Shown here piece after piece: positions 8,836-17,899 of a DNA stretch of 64,000 nucleotides (within the stretch, counting starts at the first letter, position 1; every line of letters starts with the position of its first letter). The notes beneath the pieces are model-generated. The model saw nothing but the letters and a program-made list of their open reading frames with translations. It did no database searches and was not told where the DNA came from. The translations under genes and the position numbers were made by a program. Origin of the DNA: an uncultured bacterium (lineage in GTDB: Bacteria; Fidelibacterota; Marinisomatia; SCGC-AAA003-L08; D37C17); contig CBFHVR010000016.1 of the NCBI GenBank assembly GCA_965659495.1, positions 12,387-76,386 of the forward strand, given 5' to 3'.

Positions 8836-9549
8836 GTGGAATTTTTTTTTTCAGATAATATTATTGATAATATAATTACTTTAGATTCACAAGAATCAAA
8901 GCATTGTTCTAAAGTACTAAGAAAAAATATTGGAGATAATATTCACGTTGTTGATGGAAAAGGAACTCTATATAGTGGAAAAATAGTTCTAATCACCAAG
9001 AAAAAATGTGATATAAGTATTATAACAACTCAAAAAAATTATAATAATAAAAAATACTATACACACATTGCAATTTCTCCTATTAAAAATCATGATAGGT
9101 TGGAGTTCTTTGTTGAAAAGTCTATTGAAATAGGAGTAGATGAGATATCATTTATTCAATGCGAAAGAACATTAAGAAAAAAAATTAAATTAGAAAGAAT
9201 TAGAAAAATTGCTGTAACTGCTATGAAACAAACATTGAAAGCAAAATTACCTAAAATAAATGATGTCCAACTTTTCGGCTCTTTTATTGATAAATGTTCT
9301 AATAAATCTAAGTTTATATGTCATCTTGAAAATGAAAAAAGAAAAAATTTATTTTCTTACAAAGAAACTATTATTAAAGCGAAAAATAATTGTATTTTAA
9401 TTGGTCCAGAAGGAGATTTTACTGAGAAAGAAATTTTATTATCGAAAAATTTCAGTTTTAATCCTATAAGTTTAGGTCAGAGTCGCTTAAGAACTGAAAC
9501 GGCTGGTTTTGTTTCTTGTAGCATGATTAATATGATAAATGAATTTTGA
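8836..9549 (+). CDS. rsmE: 16S rRNA (uracil1498-N3)-methyltransferase RsmE
   Basis: 237 aa with a GTG start directly after the upstream TAA. HCSKVLR near the N-terminus and a GPEGDFTEKE...RTETA C-terminal SPOUT motif. Confidence 0.8.
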   Translation: MEFFFSDNIIDNIITLDSQESKHCSKVLRKNIGDNIHVVDGKGTLYSGKIVLITKKKCDISIITTQKNYNNKKYYTHIAISPIKNHDRLEFFVEKSIEIGVDEISFIQCERTLRKKIKLERIRKIAVTAMKQTLKAKLPKINDVQLFGSFIDKCSNKSKFICHLENEKRKNLFSYKETIIKAKNNCILIGPEGDFTEKEILLSKNFSFNPISLGQSRLRTETAGFVSCSMINMINEF

Positions 9550-10006
9550 TATTCATACTAAGTGGATGGAAGAGGCGTACAATTTGGCAATTAAGTCTTA
9601 TAATTGTGATGAAGTTCCTGTAGGTGCCATTATTGTTGAGAATAATAAGATTATTGGTAGAGGACATAATGAAGTTGAGAAGTTAAATGATTCAACTGCC
9701 CATGCAGAGATGATTGCTATTACTTCTGCTGCAAATTATAAAAATGATTGGAGATTAATAGATACGAGTATTTATATAACTAAAGAGCCTTGTATCATGT
9801 GTTATGGTGCTATTTTAAATTCGAGGATAAAAAACTTATATTATGGCGTAGAAGATCCAAAGTTAGGATTTAAAGTAAACCTAGTAGATCTAAATTATTT
9901 AAATATTCATCTCAATAACATTCAATCTGGAATATTACACGAAAAATGTAGAGTTATTTTAAAAGAATTTTTTCAAAATAAGAGAAAAAATAATAAAATA
10001 AAATAG
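9539..10006 (+). CDS. tadA: tRNA adenosine(34) deaminase TadA
   Basis: VPVGAIIV, HAEMIAI and PCIMCYGAI (H-A-E / PC-x2-C zinc deaminase motifs). Confidence 0.9.
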   Translation: MNFDIHTKWMEEAYNLAIKSYNCDEVPVGAIIVENNKIIGRGHNEVEKLNDSTAHAEMIAITSAANYKNDWRLIDTSIYITKEPCIMCYGAILNSRIKNLYYGVEDPKLGFKVNLVDLNYLNIHLNNIQSGILHEKCRVILKEFFQNKRKNNKIK

Positions 10007-10035
10007 TAATAATTCATTAAATTTTATATCATTAT

Positions 10036-10122
10036 GGAGAGGTGTCCGAGTGGTTTAAGGTGCACGCCTGGAACGCGTGTATGGATGAAAGTCCATCGGG
10101 AGTTCGAATCTCCCTCTCTCCG
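10036..10122 (+). tRNA. tRNA-Ser (anticodon GGA)
   Basis: Acceptor GGAGAGG/TCTCTCC, anticodon stem CACGC/GCGTG with loop CTGGAAC, long variable arm, T-arm GGGAG-TTCGAAT-CTCCC. Confidence 0.9.
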
Positions 10123-10134
10123 CATTTATAGATT

Positions 10135-12195
10135 ATGGGCTATAGAAAAAAAATATACATATTATTCTTTTCATTAATATTTTCATTTTCAAATAATAAA
10201 ATTGGATATGTTCATTTTATCGAAGGTGAATGTTATGTGAAAAATAATCAGACAAGTAATAAGTATTTTAAAGTTTATATTGGAACAGATATTTATGAAA
10301 ACGATTTCATTAAATCAAATGATGACTCTAACTGTATAATACGATTTAATGATGATAAAACTCATTTGTTTATTGAGCCTAAAACTATTGTTAGCTTGGA
10401 TGACGATAATTTTTCAAGATCAATTGATTTAATTAATGGTAGTATCTATATTAAAAATTTGTTTAATGACAAAAAAAATGTTTATGTTTTTACCTCTAAT
10501 AATCAAATCTCATTAACTAATAATAGATTATGGATTAAATCAACTAAACTATTATATGATTATATTTACTCCTTAGATAGTAATCTTGATATTTATAATG
10601 AATACCATAAAAAAAATATAAATATAGATAGACTGTCTTTAATGTATTTTGAGAATCAAAAATATAGCTACGTATCTAATTATGTTGACTTTATCCCAAA
10701 GTATATTTTAAATGATGGTTATGATTTTAATTTTAATAATAAAAAAATAGAAATAAAAAAATATGATATGATTCCTATATATGGAGATAGAATTATAAAC
10801 AATAGATTTGTTGATCCTTATAAAGTTTCTTTTGATTTAGGGACTAAAATATTAAATAATGATTCTCATGTTAAAGTTGGAATATATCCTAATTATCAAA
10901 ATAAAAACTTATCGATTCAAGCTAATATCGAATCATATGTTAGTCCTTCTGGAAATGATTTGGATAATTATTGGAATGATGGTTTTGATTATTTAGATAA
11001 GTTATCAATAAACTATTCATATTATAGAAATAAAAATCAAATGTATTTAGTATTTGGTGAAATTGAAAATGTCTCTTTTGCAAGTGGGTATATTCTAAAT
11101 TCAATCAGTAATTCAATAGATTATCCTAGAAAAATTAATTCTGGTTTGCATTTGAAGTATATCTTTGATACTAATTTTATGGATTTAGATTTATTAATAC
11201 CAAGTATTAGAGATTTTGGTAATAATGGTGGTATGGTAGCTGCAAGAACTTCTATTTATATATCACATAATTTTCCCTTGACTATAGGGTTAGGATTTAT
11301 AGTAGATTTTAATCAGTTCTCAGATATATCTCAATCATTAAATAAAAATGCTAAAAAAAGAGCAGCTCATGGTTTAGAATTAGATTTTAATTATAATTTA
11401 GTGTCTAGTATTGATTTAGATATAAACATTTTTGGTGAATTTGCTGGTCTTTGGTATCCAGAATACAACTACTATATTTTATATGATGGCCAAAATGTTT
11501 CTAATGATTTAAGATGGAGAAAAGGGTCTTGGGGTATCAATGCACCAGGTTTTTCAATTGAGGTTGATAATCGTTATTTATTTAAGTTTTCATTTAATTA
11601 TAACTCTGCAACATTTATACCAAATTATTTTAATTCAACATATTTATACAATAGGGCTAGGTATTATAAAGGAATCTTAGATTATCCAATGATACAAAAG
11701 CAAATAGATTATTTAAATGATAATTTTTTAGTTGGAGAATCTTGCGCAGCAGGAGAAGAGTGTGAATATTTGATTCCAAAAGATGTTTACCCTATATTAG
11801 TACAAAATGATGGTTTTAGTGGTTTTAATACATTTGGTTTTACATCAGAAATTAGGTATAAATTTCAATCTTTTATTAGTGCATCATTAATGTCATCAGT
11901 TTTTATTGAAGAGTCAGATAACTCTAATTCTTACTATTCATTCCAGTCATCAGTTAATATTGATAAGGGTTATATAAGAAACCTCGATTTCCTTAAATTC
12001 TATTTTTCAAATATATTTTTCTCTAAATTATCTGACAAATATAGGTCGGCATATGGTATAGAAGCAGGTGCTGAGTTGCCATTGAGTTTATCTTTGATAA
12101 TTAACTTAGGCCAAGTATATTACGACAAGAATCTGCTGACTAATGATATTGATAAAATGACAAATTTAGATTTTAGTATTAAATACAGTTTTTAA
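10135..12195 (+). CDS. Large hypothetical outer-membrane protein (FecR-like N-terminal domain plus predicted beta-barrel)
   Basis: 686 aa. Signal peptide, then a FecR-like GYVHFIEGECYV...DSNCIIRFNDDKTHLFIEPKT. Alternating beta-strand-like composition, and a C-terminal ...FSIKYSF (terminal Phe typical of OMPs). Confidence 0.5.
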   Translation: MGYRKKIYILFFSLIFSFSNNKIGYVHFIEGECYVKNNQTSNKYFKVYIGTDIYENDFIKSNDDSNCIIRFNDDKTHLFIEPKTIVSLDDDNFSRSIDLINGSIYIKNLFNDKKNVYVFTSNNQISLTNNRLWIKSTKLLYDYIYSLDSNLDIYNEYHKKNINIDRLSLMYFENQKYSYVSNYVDFIPKYILNDGYDFNFNNKKIEIKKYDMIPIYGDRIINNRFVDPYKVSFDLGTKILNNDSHVKVGIYPNYQNKNLSIQANIESYVSPSGNDLDNYWNDGFDYLDKLSINYSYYRNKNQMYLVFGEIENVSFASGYILNSISNSIDYPRKINSGLHLKYIFDTNFMDLDLLIPSIRDFGNNGGMVAARTSIYISHNFPLTIGLGFIVDFNQFSDISQSLNKNAKKRAAHGLELDFNYNLVSSIDLDINIFGEFAGLWYPEYNYYILYDGQNVSNDLRWRKGSWGINAPGFSIEVDNRYLFKFSFNYNSATFIPNYFNSTYLYNRARYYKGILDYPMIQKQIDYLNDNFLVGESCAAGEECEYLIPKDVYPILVQNDGFSGFNTFGFTSEIRYKFQSFISASLMSSVFIEESDNSNSYYSFQSSVNIDKGYIRNLDFLKFYFSNIFFSKLSDKYRSAYGIEAGAELPLSLSLIINLGQVYYDKNLLTNDIDKMTNLDFSIKYSF

Positions 12196-12200
12196 CATAG

Positions 12201-12395
12201 ATGAACAAGCTTAAATCATATTATTTTTCATTCATAGGTATAAGTCTTGTTGGTATATCGATTGGTTTTGTAGTTGGTTTTTTCTTTAAAAATTATTATT
12301 TAAACAATGATTTTGCATACTTGAGTGTTATTCCAATGGGGATAGGTTGTGCATTTATTATTTATGGTTCATTATATATAAAAAGTGAGAAATAG
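12201..12395 (+). CDS. Small two-helix membrane protein, hypothetical
   Basis: 64 aa with two hydrophobic segments, tightly packed after the 686-aa gene. Confidence 0.4.
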   Translation: MNKLKSYYFSFIGISLVGISIGFVVGFFFKNYYLNNDFAYLSVIPMGIGCAFIIYGSLYIKSEK

Positions 12396-12400
12396 TTTAT

Positions 12401-12727
12401 ATGGCATTAAAAAGAAATAAAAAAATTGGTTCTTCAAAAAATATAAATTTGAATGATTCTAATAATAAAAGAGCTGAAATGTTGGTAAAAATTGATTCAA
12501 TGCTTGAACAAATTGATACAAAATACGGCCCATATATTTTAGAAGAACTACAAAAAAGAATAGAGTTTACTATTGAGGAATTTTTTAATGATTTAAAACT
12601 TGTTCTAAATAACGTTTTTGATAAATCTAAAAATAATTCAAATAAAGTTAGTATAAATCACGATAACAATCAGATGGAAACGCCAGTATTTATTGCTGAG
12701 CATAATAAAAAAAGAACTAAAAAATAA
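12401..12727 (+). CDS. Hypothetical basic/charged protein
   Basis: 108 aa with no recognisable motif. Called on ORF length and packing only. Confidence 0.35.
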   Translation: MALKRNKKIGSSKNINLNDSNNKRAEMLVKIDSMLEQIDTKYGPYILEELQKRIEFTIEEFFNDLKLVLNNVFDKSKNNSNKVSINHDNNQMETPVFIAEHNKKRTKK

Positions 12728-12732
12728 AAACC

Positions 12733-13005
12733 ATTCTGTGCTAGATGGGGAGCTAGCGGTTCCTTGTAACCTGAAATCCGCTATATGCAGGATTGAATTC
12801 CAAGTAGAAGGGGTTTGATGAACTTAGTTTTTTTATACAAGCGGTGTTGATGTCTTCAGCTTTACGCAATTAGTATTTCTTGAATTCCGCCAGGTCTGGA
12901 AGGAAGCAACGGTAGAGAAGTATTCATGTGCCGTGAAATCCTGAAGTTGAGCTGGCTATATAAATAATTATTTTAACATAAACTTCAATTTTTGGTGCAC
13001 AGATT
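12733..13005 (+). ncRNA. ffs: Signal recognition particle RNA, long (Bacillus/archaeal-like) form with Alu-like 5' domain
   Basis: CCGCCAGGTCTGGAAGGAAGCAACGGTAG (12887-12915) is the conserved SRP RNA domain IV motif. CTTCAG (12854) pairs with CTGAAG (12941), flanking it as helix 5. 5' TCTGTGC (12735-12741) pairs with 3' GCACAGA (12997-13003). The 5' part GCTAGATGGGGAGCTAGCGGTTCCTTGTAACCTGAAATCCGCTATATGCAGGATT contains three hairpins and a UGUAAC turn typical of Alu domains. The region is GC-richer than its flanks. Exact ends are approximate. Confidence 0.8.
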
Positions 13006-13016
13006 ATTTAATAACT

Positions 13017-14708
13017 ATGGCATATAAAATACTATCTCTAAAATGGAGGCCTTCAAGTTTTTCAGAAGTTGTAGGCCAAGATCATATATCAAAAGCTTTA
13101 TCTAATGCAATTAAGCTAGATAGAATTGCACATGCATTTACCTTTTCTGGACCTAGGGGAGTAGGAAAAACTTCAACAGCAAGAATCTTAGCAAAAAATC
13201 TTAATCAGGTAGAAAATATTAATGAATCAATTGATATTATAGAAATGGATGCAGCTTCTAATAGAGGAATTGATGAAATAAGAAATTTAAGAGAAAGTGT
13301 AAATTATGCTCCATCAAATGGGAAATATAAAATTTATATAATTGATGAGGCCCATATGCTTACAAAAGAAGCATTTAATGCGTTGTTGAAAACATTGGAA
13401 GAACCACCAAGCCATGTTGTTTTTATTTTTGCGACCACAGAACTTTATAAAATGCCTGAAACAATTTTATCAAGAACTCAGCGTTATGACTTTAATAGAT
13501 TATCACTAGATTCAATTAAAAAACATCTTGAGTTTGTATTAAAATCTGAAAATATTAAATACGATGATGAAAGTTTAAATAAAATTTCAGAAAAATCTGA
13601 TGGAAGTATGCGTGATGCTCTAAGTATTCTAGACCAAATGATATGTATATGTGATAATAATATTACTATTGATAAAATTTCATCGTCTTTGGGCTTAGTT
13701 CCCGATCAAAATTACTTTAAAATTTTATCTTTTGTATCATCTAGAAATAGTTCTCAATTATTTGAATTATTTGATGAAGTAATTTCTTCTGGTATTTCGT
13801 TGCACGATTTTATAGATGGCCTAAACAAATTTTTGAATAAATGTATTTTAGCTAATTCATTGAGAAAAAGCTCTAAATATAGTAATTTTTACAAACAATA
13901 TTGCTCTTTTGATATTAAACTCGAAGAAATTGATTTACTCAGAGTCATGGAAATTTGTTTGAAATTCCAGTCTTCTATGCGTCAAATATCTCAACCAAGA
14001 ATTGCGATGGAAAGTTTGCTGCTTAAGTTGTCTTATTTGGATAGTTCAATTGATATCAATACTTTTTTTTCTAAAGTAAAAAAAAATAGTTATAATAAGG
14101 TAACTCCTGAACAACCTAATCATCCTATTAAAAAAAAAGAGTTAGAAGAAGCAACCATTGATGAAGATAAAAATAAATCTTATGATATTAAAAAATCAGG
14201 TGAAACTAATTTATATAAAAAAGAGACAAAAGATTTAAGTAGTAATGAAAAATTAAAAGAAATTTTACCTGATAAAACAGAATCAGTTAATTTAAATAGT
14301 GACTTAACTGAAAGTGGAAGTTCTTCTACAAATATTTCTAACAAAGAAAATAAAATAAGTATTGAGAGATTATCGAAAGATTGGAAAAATATTCTTTCAT
14401 CTATTTCAAAGAGTAATATTATTCATTCTTTAGAAAATATTAAAGTAAAAGAAATAACCGAAAAAAAAATAATTATATTAGTTTGTGATTTAAATGAATT
14501 TATGTTTAAAAATTTATTAAATGATGCAAGTTTAATAGAAGATAGTATTAATAAATATTTTAATATTAATTTATCTTTAGAATTATTGCTTGAAAAAAAT
14601 AAAAATAAACAAGAAGATAAAAAAACCAAACAAAAAGATACAATTGATAAAGATCACCCCTTATTTATGGATGTTTTAAATGAGCTTGAGGGTGAAATAA
14701 TAAAGTAA
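13017..14708 (+). CDS. dnaX: DNA polymerase III subunit gamma/tau
   Basis: LKWRPSSFSEVVGQ, Walker A GPRGVGKTS, IIDEAHMLT, and SRTQRYDF (sensor). Low-complexity Lys/Glu-rich C-terminal half. Confidence 0.93.
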   Translation: MAYKILSLKWRPSSFSEVVGQDHISKALSNAIKLDRIAHAFTFSGPRGVGKTSTARILAKNLNQVENINESIDIIEMDAASNRGIDEIRNLRESVNYAPSNGKYKIYIIDEAHMLTKEAFNALLKTLEEPPSHVVFIFATTELYKMPETILSRTQRYDFNRLSLDSIKKHLEFVLKSENIKYDDESLNKISEKSDGSMRDALSILDQMICICDNNITIDKISSSLGLVPDQNYFKILSFVSSRNSSQLFELFDEVISSGISLHDFIDGLNKFLNKCILANSLRKSSKYSNFYKQYCSFDIKLEEIDLLRVMEICLKFQSSMRQISQPRIAMESLLLKLSYLDSSIDINTFFSKVKKNSYNKVTPEQPNHPIKKKELEEATIDEDKNKSYDIKKSGETNLYKKETKDLSSNEKLKEILPDKTESVNLNSDLTESGSSSTNISNKENKISIERLSKDWKNILSSISKSNIIHSLENIKVKEITEKKIIILVCDLNEFMFKNLLNDASLIEDSINKYFNINLSLELLLEKNKNKQEDKKTKQKDTIDKDHPLFMDVLNELEGEIIK

Positions 14709-14718
14709 GGGAGAAATT

Positions 14719-15030
14719 ATGTTTAAAGGAATGTCAAATATATATAAACAAGCACAAAAAATGCAGAAGGATATGAAGAAGGTCCAAGACGAATTAGAGA
14801 ATTTGCAGATAGAAGGTCAATCTGGCGGTGGAATTGTAAAAGTCGTTGTAAATGGTAAAAAAGAGCCTAAAACCGTTATTATTGATGATAGTATTTTAAA
14901 AGAAGATAAAGATATGGTTGAAGATTTAATTTTGGCTGCAATGAAGAATGCATTTGATAATGCTGAAAAAGAATCTTCTGAAAAAATGAAGTCTGTAACA
15001 GGTGGTATGCCTAATATCCCTGGTTTTTAA
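14719..15030 (+). CDS. ybaB: Nucleoid-associated protein YbaB/EbfC
   Basis: 103 aa. MQKDMKKVQDELENLQIEGQSGGGIVKVVVNGK... is the typical YbaB pattern. GGGAGA RBS upstream. Confidence 0.9.
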   Translation: MFKGMSNIYKQAQKMQKDMKKVQDELENLQIEGQSGGGIVKVVVNGKKEPKTVIIDDSILKEDKDMVEDLILAAMKNAFDNAEKESSEKMKSVTGGMPNIPGF

Positions 15031-15617
15031 TGAATATTTATCCCAATACTTTAAAAGAATTAATCTTAAAGTTTTCTAAGCTTCCAGGAATAGGTAAAAA
15101 GACTGCTGAAAGACTTTCAATTTATATTTTAAATTCTAATAAAGAAGAAACAGTTGAGTTTTCAAATGCTCTTGTTAATTTAAAAGATTCAATTTCAACA
15201 TGTAATGTTTGTCATTGTTTTACTGAAGATCAATGTCATATATGTGGCAGTGAAAGTAGATTGAAAAATTTATTATGTATTGTAAAAGATCCAACAGATG
15301 TTTTTTTAATTGAAAAATCAGGTTTTAAGGGAGTATATCATGTTTTAGGTGGTCTAATAGCTCCCTTTGATGGAATTACACCTGAAAAGTTGAATATTGA
15401 TTTATTTTCTAAGCGTTTAGATACTATAGATGAAGTGATAATTGCTATTGAACCCTCACATGATGGTGATATAACTACAATATATCTATCAGATATTATA
15501 AAAGAAAAGGGAATTAAAGTTTCTAGGCTTGCAAGAGGAGTCCCTGTTGGTACAAGTTTAGAATTTATTGATGAAATAACTTTATCACATTCCATTAATG
15601 ATAGAGTAGAAATATAA
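15030..15617 (+). CDS. recR: Recombination protein RecR
   Basis: LPGIGKKTAERL helix-hairpin-helix, C4 zinc finger CNVCHC...CHICG, and a Toprim region. Confidence 0.93.
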   Translation: MNIYPNTLKELILKFSKLPGIGKKTAERLSIYILNSNKEETVEFSNALVNLKDSISTCNVCHCFTEDQCHICGSESRLKNLLCIVKDPTDVFLIEKSGFKGVYHVLGGLIAPFDGITPEKLNIDLFSKRLDTIDEVIIAIEPSHDGDITTIYLSDIIKEKGIKVSRLARGVPVGTSLEFIDEITLSHSINDRVEI

Positions 15618-16168
15618 TGTTTTTTAAATACAGATATATTCCTAATTATTTATCTCTATTTAGAATAGTTCTAACACCAATATTTACTATTGCAATGTTT
15701 CAAAATACATTTTTATATAAATTGATTTCATTGAATATTTTTTTTATTGCTGCATTAAGCGATTTTTTAGATGGTTATATAGCAAGAAAATATAACTTTA
15801 TTACAAATTTTGGAAAGAACATAGATCCATTATCAGATAAAATACTAATTGTAACATCTTTTATAGTTTTATCTATATTATATCCTAGCACTATAACTTT
15901 TTGGATGGTTTTTTTTATTGTATTAAGAGATGTGCTTGTGACTTTTTTAAGATATTATAGATTGAACACTTCAGATCCTCTGAACACAAGTTTTATTGCA
16001 AAAAGAAAGACATTAATTCAAATTATTCTGATTCACCTAATTTTAATTCTTAATGCATTAGATTCAAATTATATAATTAATAATCAATATTTATACTTTA
16101 TGATGTGGGTATCTGTCGCTTTATCATGGGTATCTGCTTTACCTTATATTATATTTTTTAAAAAATGA
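15617..16168 (+). CDS. pgsA: CDP-diacylglycerol--glycerol-3-phosphate 3-phosphatidyltransferase (CDP-alcohol phosphatidyltransferase family)
   Basis: DFLDGYIARKYNFITNFGKNIDPLSDK matches D-x2-DG-x2-AR...G-x3-D-x3-D. Multi-pass membrane protein, followed by pgpA. Confidence 0.8.
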   Translation: MFFKYRYIPNYLSLFRIVLTPIFTIAMFQNTFLYKLISLNIFFIAALSDFLDGYIARKYNFITNFGKNIDPLSDKILIVTSFIVLSILYPSTITFWMVFFIVLRDVLVTFLRYYRLNTSDPLNTSFIAKRKTLIQIILIHLILILNALDSNYIINNQYLYFMMWVSVALSWVSALPYIIFFKK

Positions 16169-16599
16169 ATTTAATATATAAATTCACTCTCACTTTTTTT
16201 GGTACTGGTTATATAAAATATGCTCCAGGAAGTATTGCGAGTCTTTTATCTATGATAATATGGTATTTCATACCAAATCATTTAATTATACAGTTATTAG
16301 TGCTCTTTTTAATTTTACTTCTATCTATTTTTTCTTGTTATAAGCATTCAGCTACATCTGACATTAAAGATCCCCCATATATTGTAATAGATGAAGTACT
16401 TGGAATGTCAATTTCATTGTTTCTTTTACCAAAGCAAATTACTCTATATCTATTAGCATTTATTATATTTAGAGTGTTTGATATATTAAAACCATCAATA
16501 ATTTATAATATTCAAGATTTAGATAATGGTATTGGAATTATAGCAGATGATATGGTGGCAGGATTATTTACATTTATAATTTTATACGGTTTAATATGA
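16165..16599 (+). CDS. pgpA: Phosphatidylglycerophosphatase A
   Basis: 144 aa. FGTGYIKYAPGSIASL and VIDEVLGM motifs. Membrane protein. Confidence 0.8.
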   Translation: MNLIYKFTLTFFGTGYIKYAPGSIASLLSMIIWYFIPNHLIIQLLVLFLILLLSIFSCYKHSATSDIKDPPYIVIDEVLGMSISLFLLPKQITLYLLAFIIFRVFDILKPSIIYNIQDLDNGIGIIADDMVAGLFTFIILYGLI

Positions 16600-17837
16600 G
16601 TAAAAAAGTTGGTATCATTTGTATAGGAGATGAATTGATTAATGGCTACACCATTGATACTAATTCTAATTTTATTGCTTCTAAAATCAGAAAATTTGAT
16701 AACTTAGATATATCAAATATTTTGGTAGTTGGTGATAATTTGGTATCAATTTCTGATAATCTTGATTATTTAATAGGTAAAAATATAAATTATATTTTTG
16801 TAACCGGTGGTTTGGGTCCTACACACGATGATTTAACAAAGAAAGTTTTATGTGAATATTTTAATTGTGAATTAAAAACATGTGAAAAGCACTACCAAAA
16901 ATTATGTGATAAGTATCCATCTAAAAAAAAGAAACATATAAAATCACAGTCTGAAATTTTAGAAATAAGCCAGCCTATACCAAATGATATTGGAACAGCT
17001 TTATCGATGCATTTTATGTTTAAAGGTATTAATTTTTTTATACTTCCAGGTGTTCCTTTAGAAGTAAATAAAGCAATGATGAATTATATATTGCCTGATT
17101 ACATAGAGCCATTTTATAAAGTGAATAATAACGTTTTAACAATATTAACATCAGGTATTTATGAAAGTTCTTTATATAATAAATTAAAAGATATTATAGA
17201 GGAATGGCGAGATAAAATAAAAGTTGCTTTTTTACCTGGATATTCTGGTGTAAAAATTAGGTTAACTTCATTGGACAGTAGTATATCAAAAGATGATTTT
17301 AGGCAGTTTAAGAATTTATTTGAGTATAAAATTAAAAAATATATTTATGGTTATGACGAAGATAAGCTCAATCATATTATAGGTGAAATCTTATCAAAAG
17401 AAAGAAAAACACTAGCTGTAGCTGAGTCTTGTACTGGCGGATATTTATCAAAAATTATAACAGATGTTCCAGGAAGTTCATCTTACTTTAAAGGTGGCAT
17501 TGTATCATATAGCAATGATATGAAAGTTAAAATATTAGGCATTAATAGTGATGTAATAAAGGAATATGGAGCTGTTAGTAAGGAAGTTGCTGTATTGATG
17601 TCTGAAAATATAAGAAAAAAATGTAATAGTGATTACGGGATATCAACAACTGGGATAGCTGGACCAAGTGGGGGGAGTAGTGATAAACCAGTTGGTCGCG
17701 TTTATATATCAATTTCAACAAAAAAAAATACAATATGTAAAGAATTTACATTTTCAAATCAGAGAAAAATTAATAGAAATATAACTATTTACATTAGTCT
17801 TTTCCTTCTGAAAAAAAATATAGAAATAAAAAAATAA
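16596..17837 (+). CDS. cinA: CinA family protein (competence/damage-inducible; MoCF-binding plus nicotinamide-nucleotide amidohydrolase domains)
   Basis: IGDELINGYTIDTNS, GGLGPTHDDLT, C-terminal AVAESCTGG...TGIAGPSGG. Confidence 0.9.
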   Translation: MSKKVGIICIGDELINGYTIDTNSNFIASKIRKFDNLDISNILVVGDNLVSISDNLDYLIGKNINYIFVTGGLGPTHDDLTKKVLCEYFNCELKTCEKHYQKLCDKYPSKKKKHIKSQSEILEISQPIPNDIGTALSMHFMFKGINFFILPGVPLEVNKAMMNYILPDYIEPFYKVNNNVLTILTSGIYESSLYNKLKDIIEEWRDKIKVAFLPGYSGVKIRLTSLDSSISKDDFRQFKNLFEYKIKKYIYGYDEDKLNHIIGEILSKERKTLAVAESCTGGYLSKIITDVPGSSSYFKGGIVSYSNDMKVKILGINSDVIKEYGAVSKEVAVLMSENIRKKCNSDYGISTTGIAGPSGGSSDKPVGRVYISISTKKNTICKEFTFSNQRKINRNITIYISLFLLKKNIEIKK

Positions 17838-17844
17838 AAAATAT

Positions 17845-17899
17845 TTGCATATAAGTATTTAAAAGTATTAATATTACTTACGAGTAACTTACGAGGTAA
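17845..17899 (+). promoter_or_regulatory. Putative lexA-recA promoter with overlapping operator-like tandem repeat
   Basis: TTGCAT (17845-17850), an 18-nt spacer, then TAATAT (17869-17874). Immediately followed by TTACTTACGAGTAACTTACGAGGTAA (17874-17899). This contains ACTTACGAG twice and the palindrome TTAC-GAG-GTAA (17889-17899). Confidence 0.4.

Noticed and set aside
8842-8851. T10 homopolymer at codons 3-6 of rsmE as a possible phase-variation switch
   Set aside because: It encodes Phe-Phe-Phe in a housekeeping methyltransferase. Homopolymeric A/T runs are frequent throughout this AT-rich window, so nothing suggests contingency-locus behaviour.
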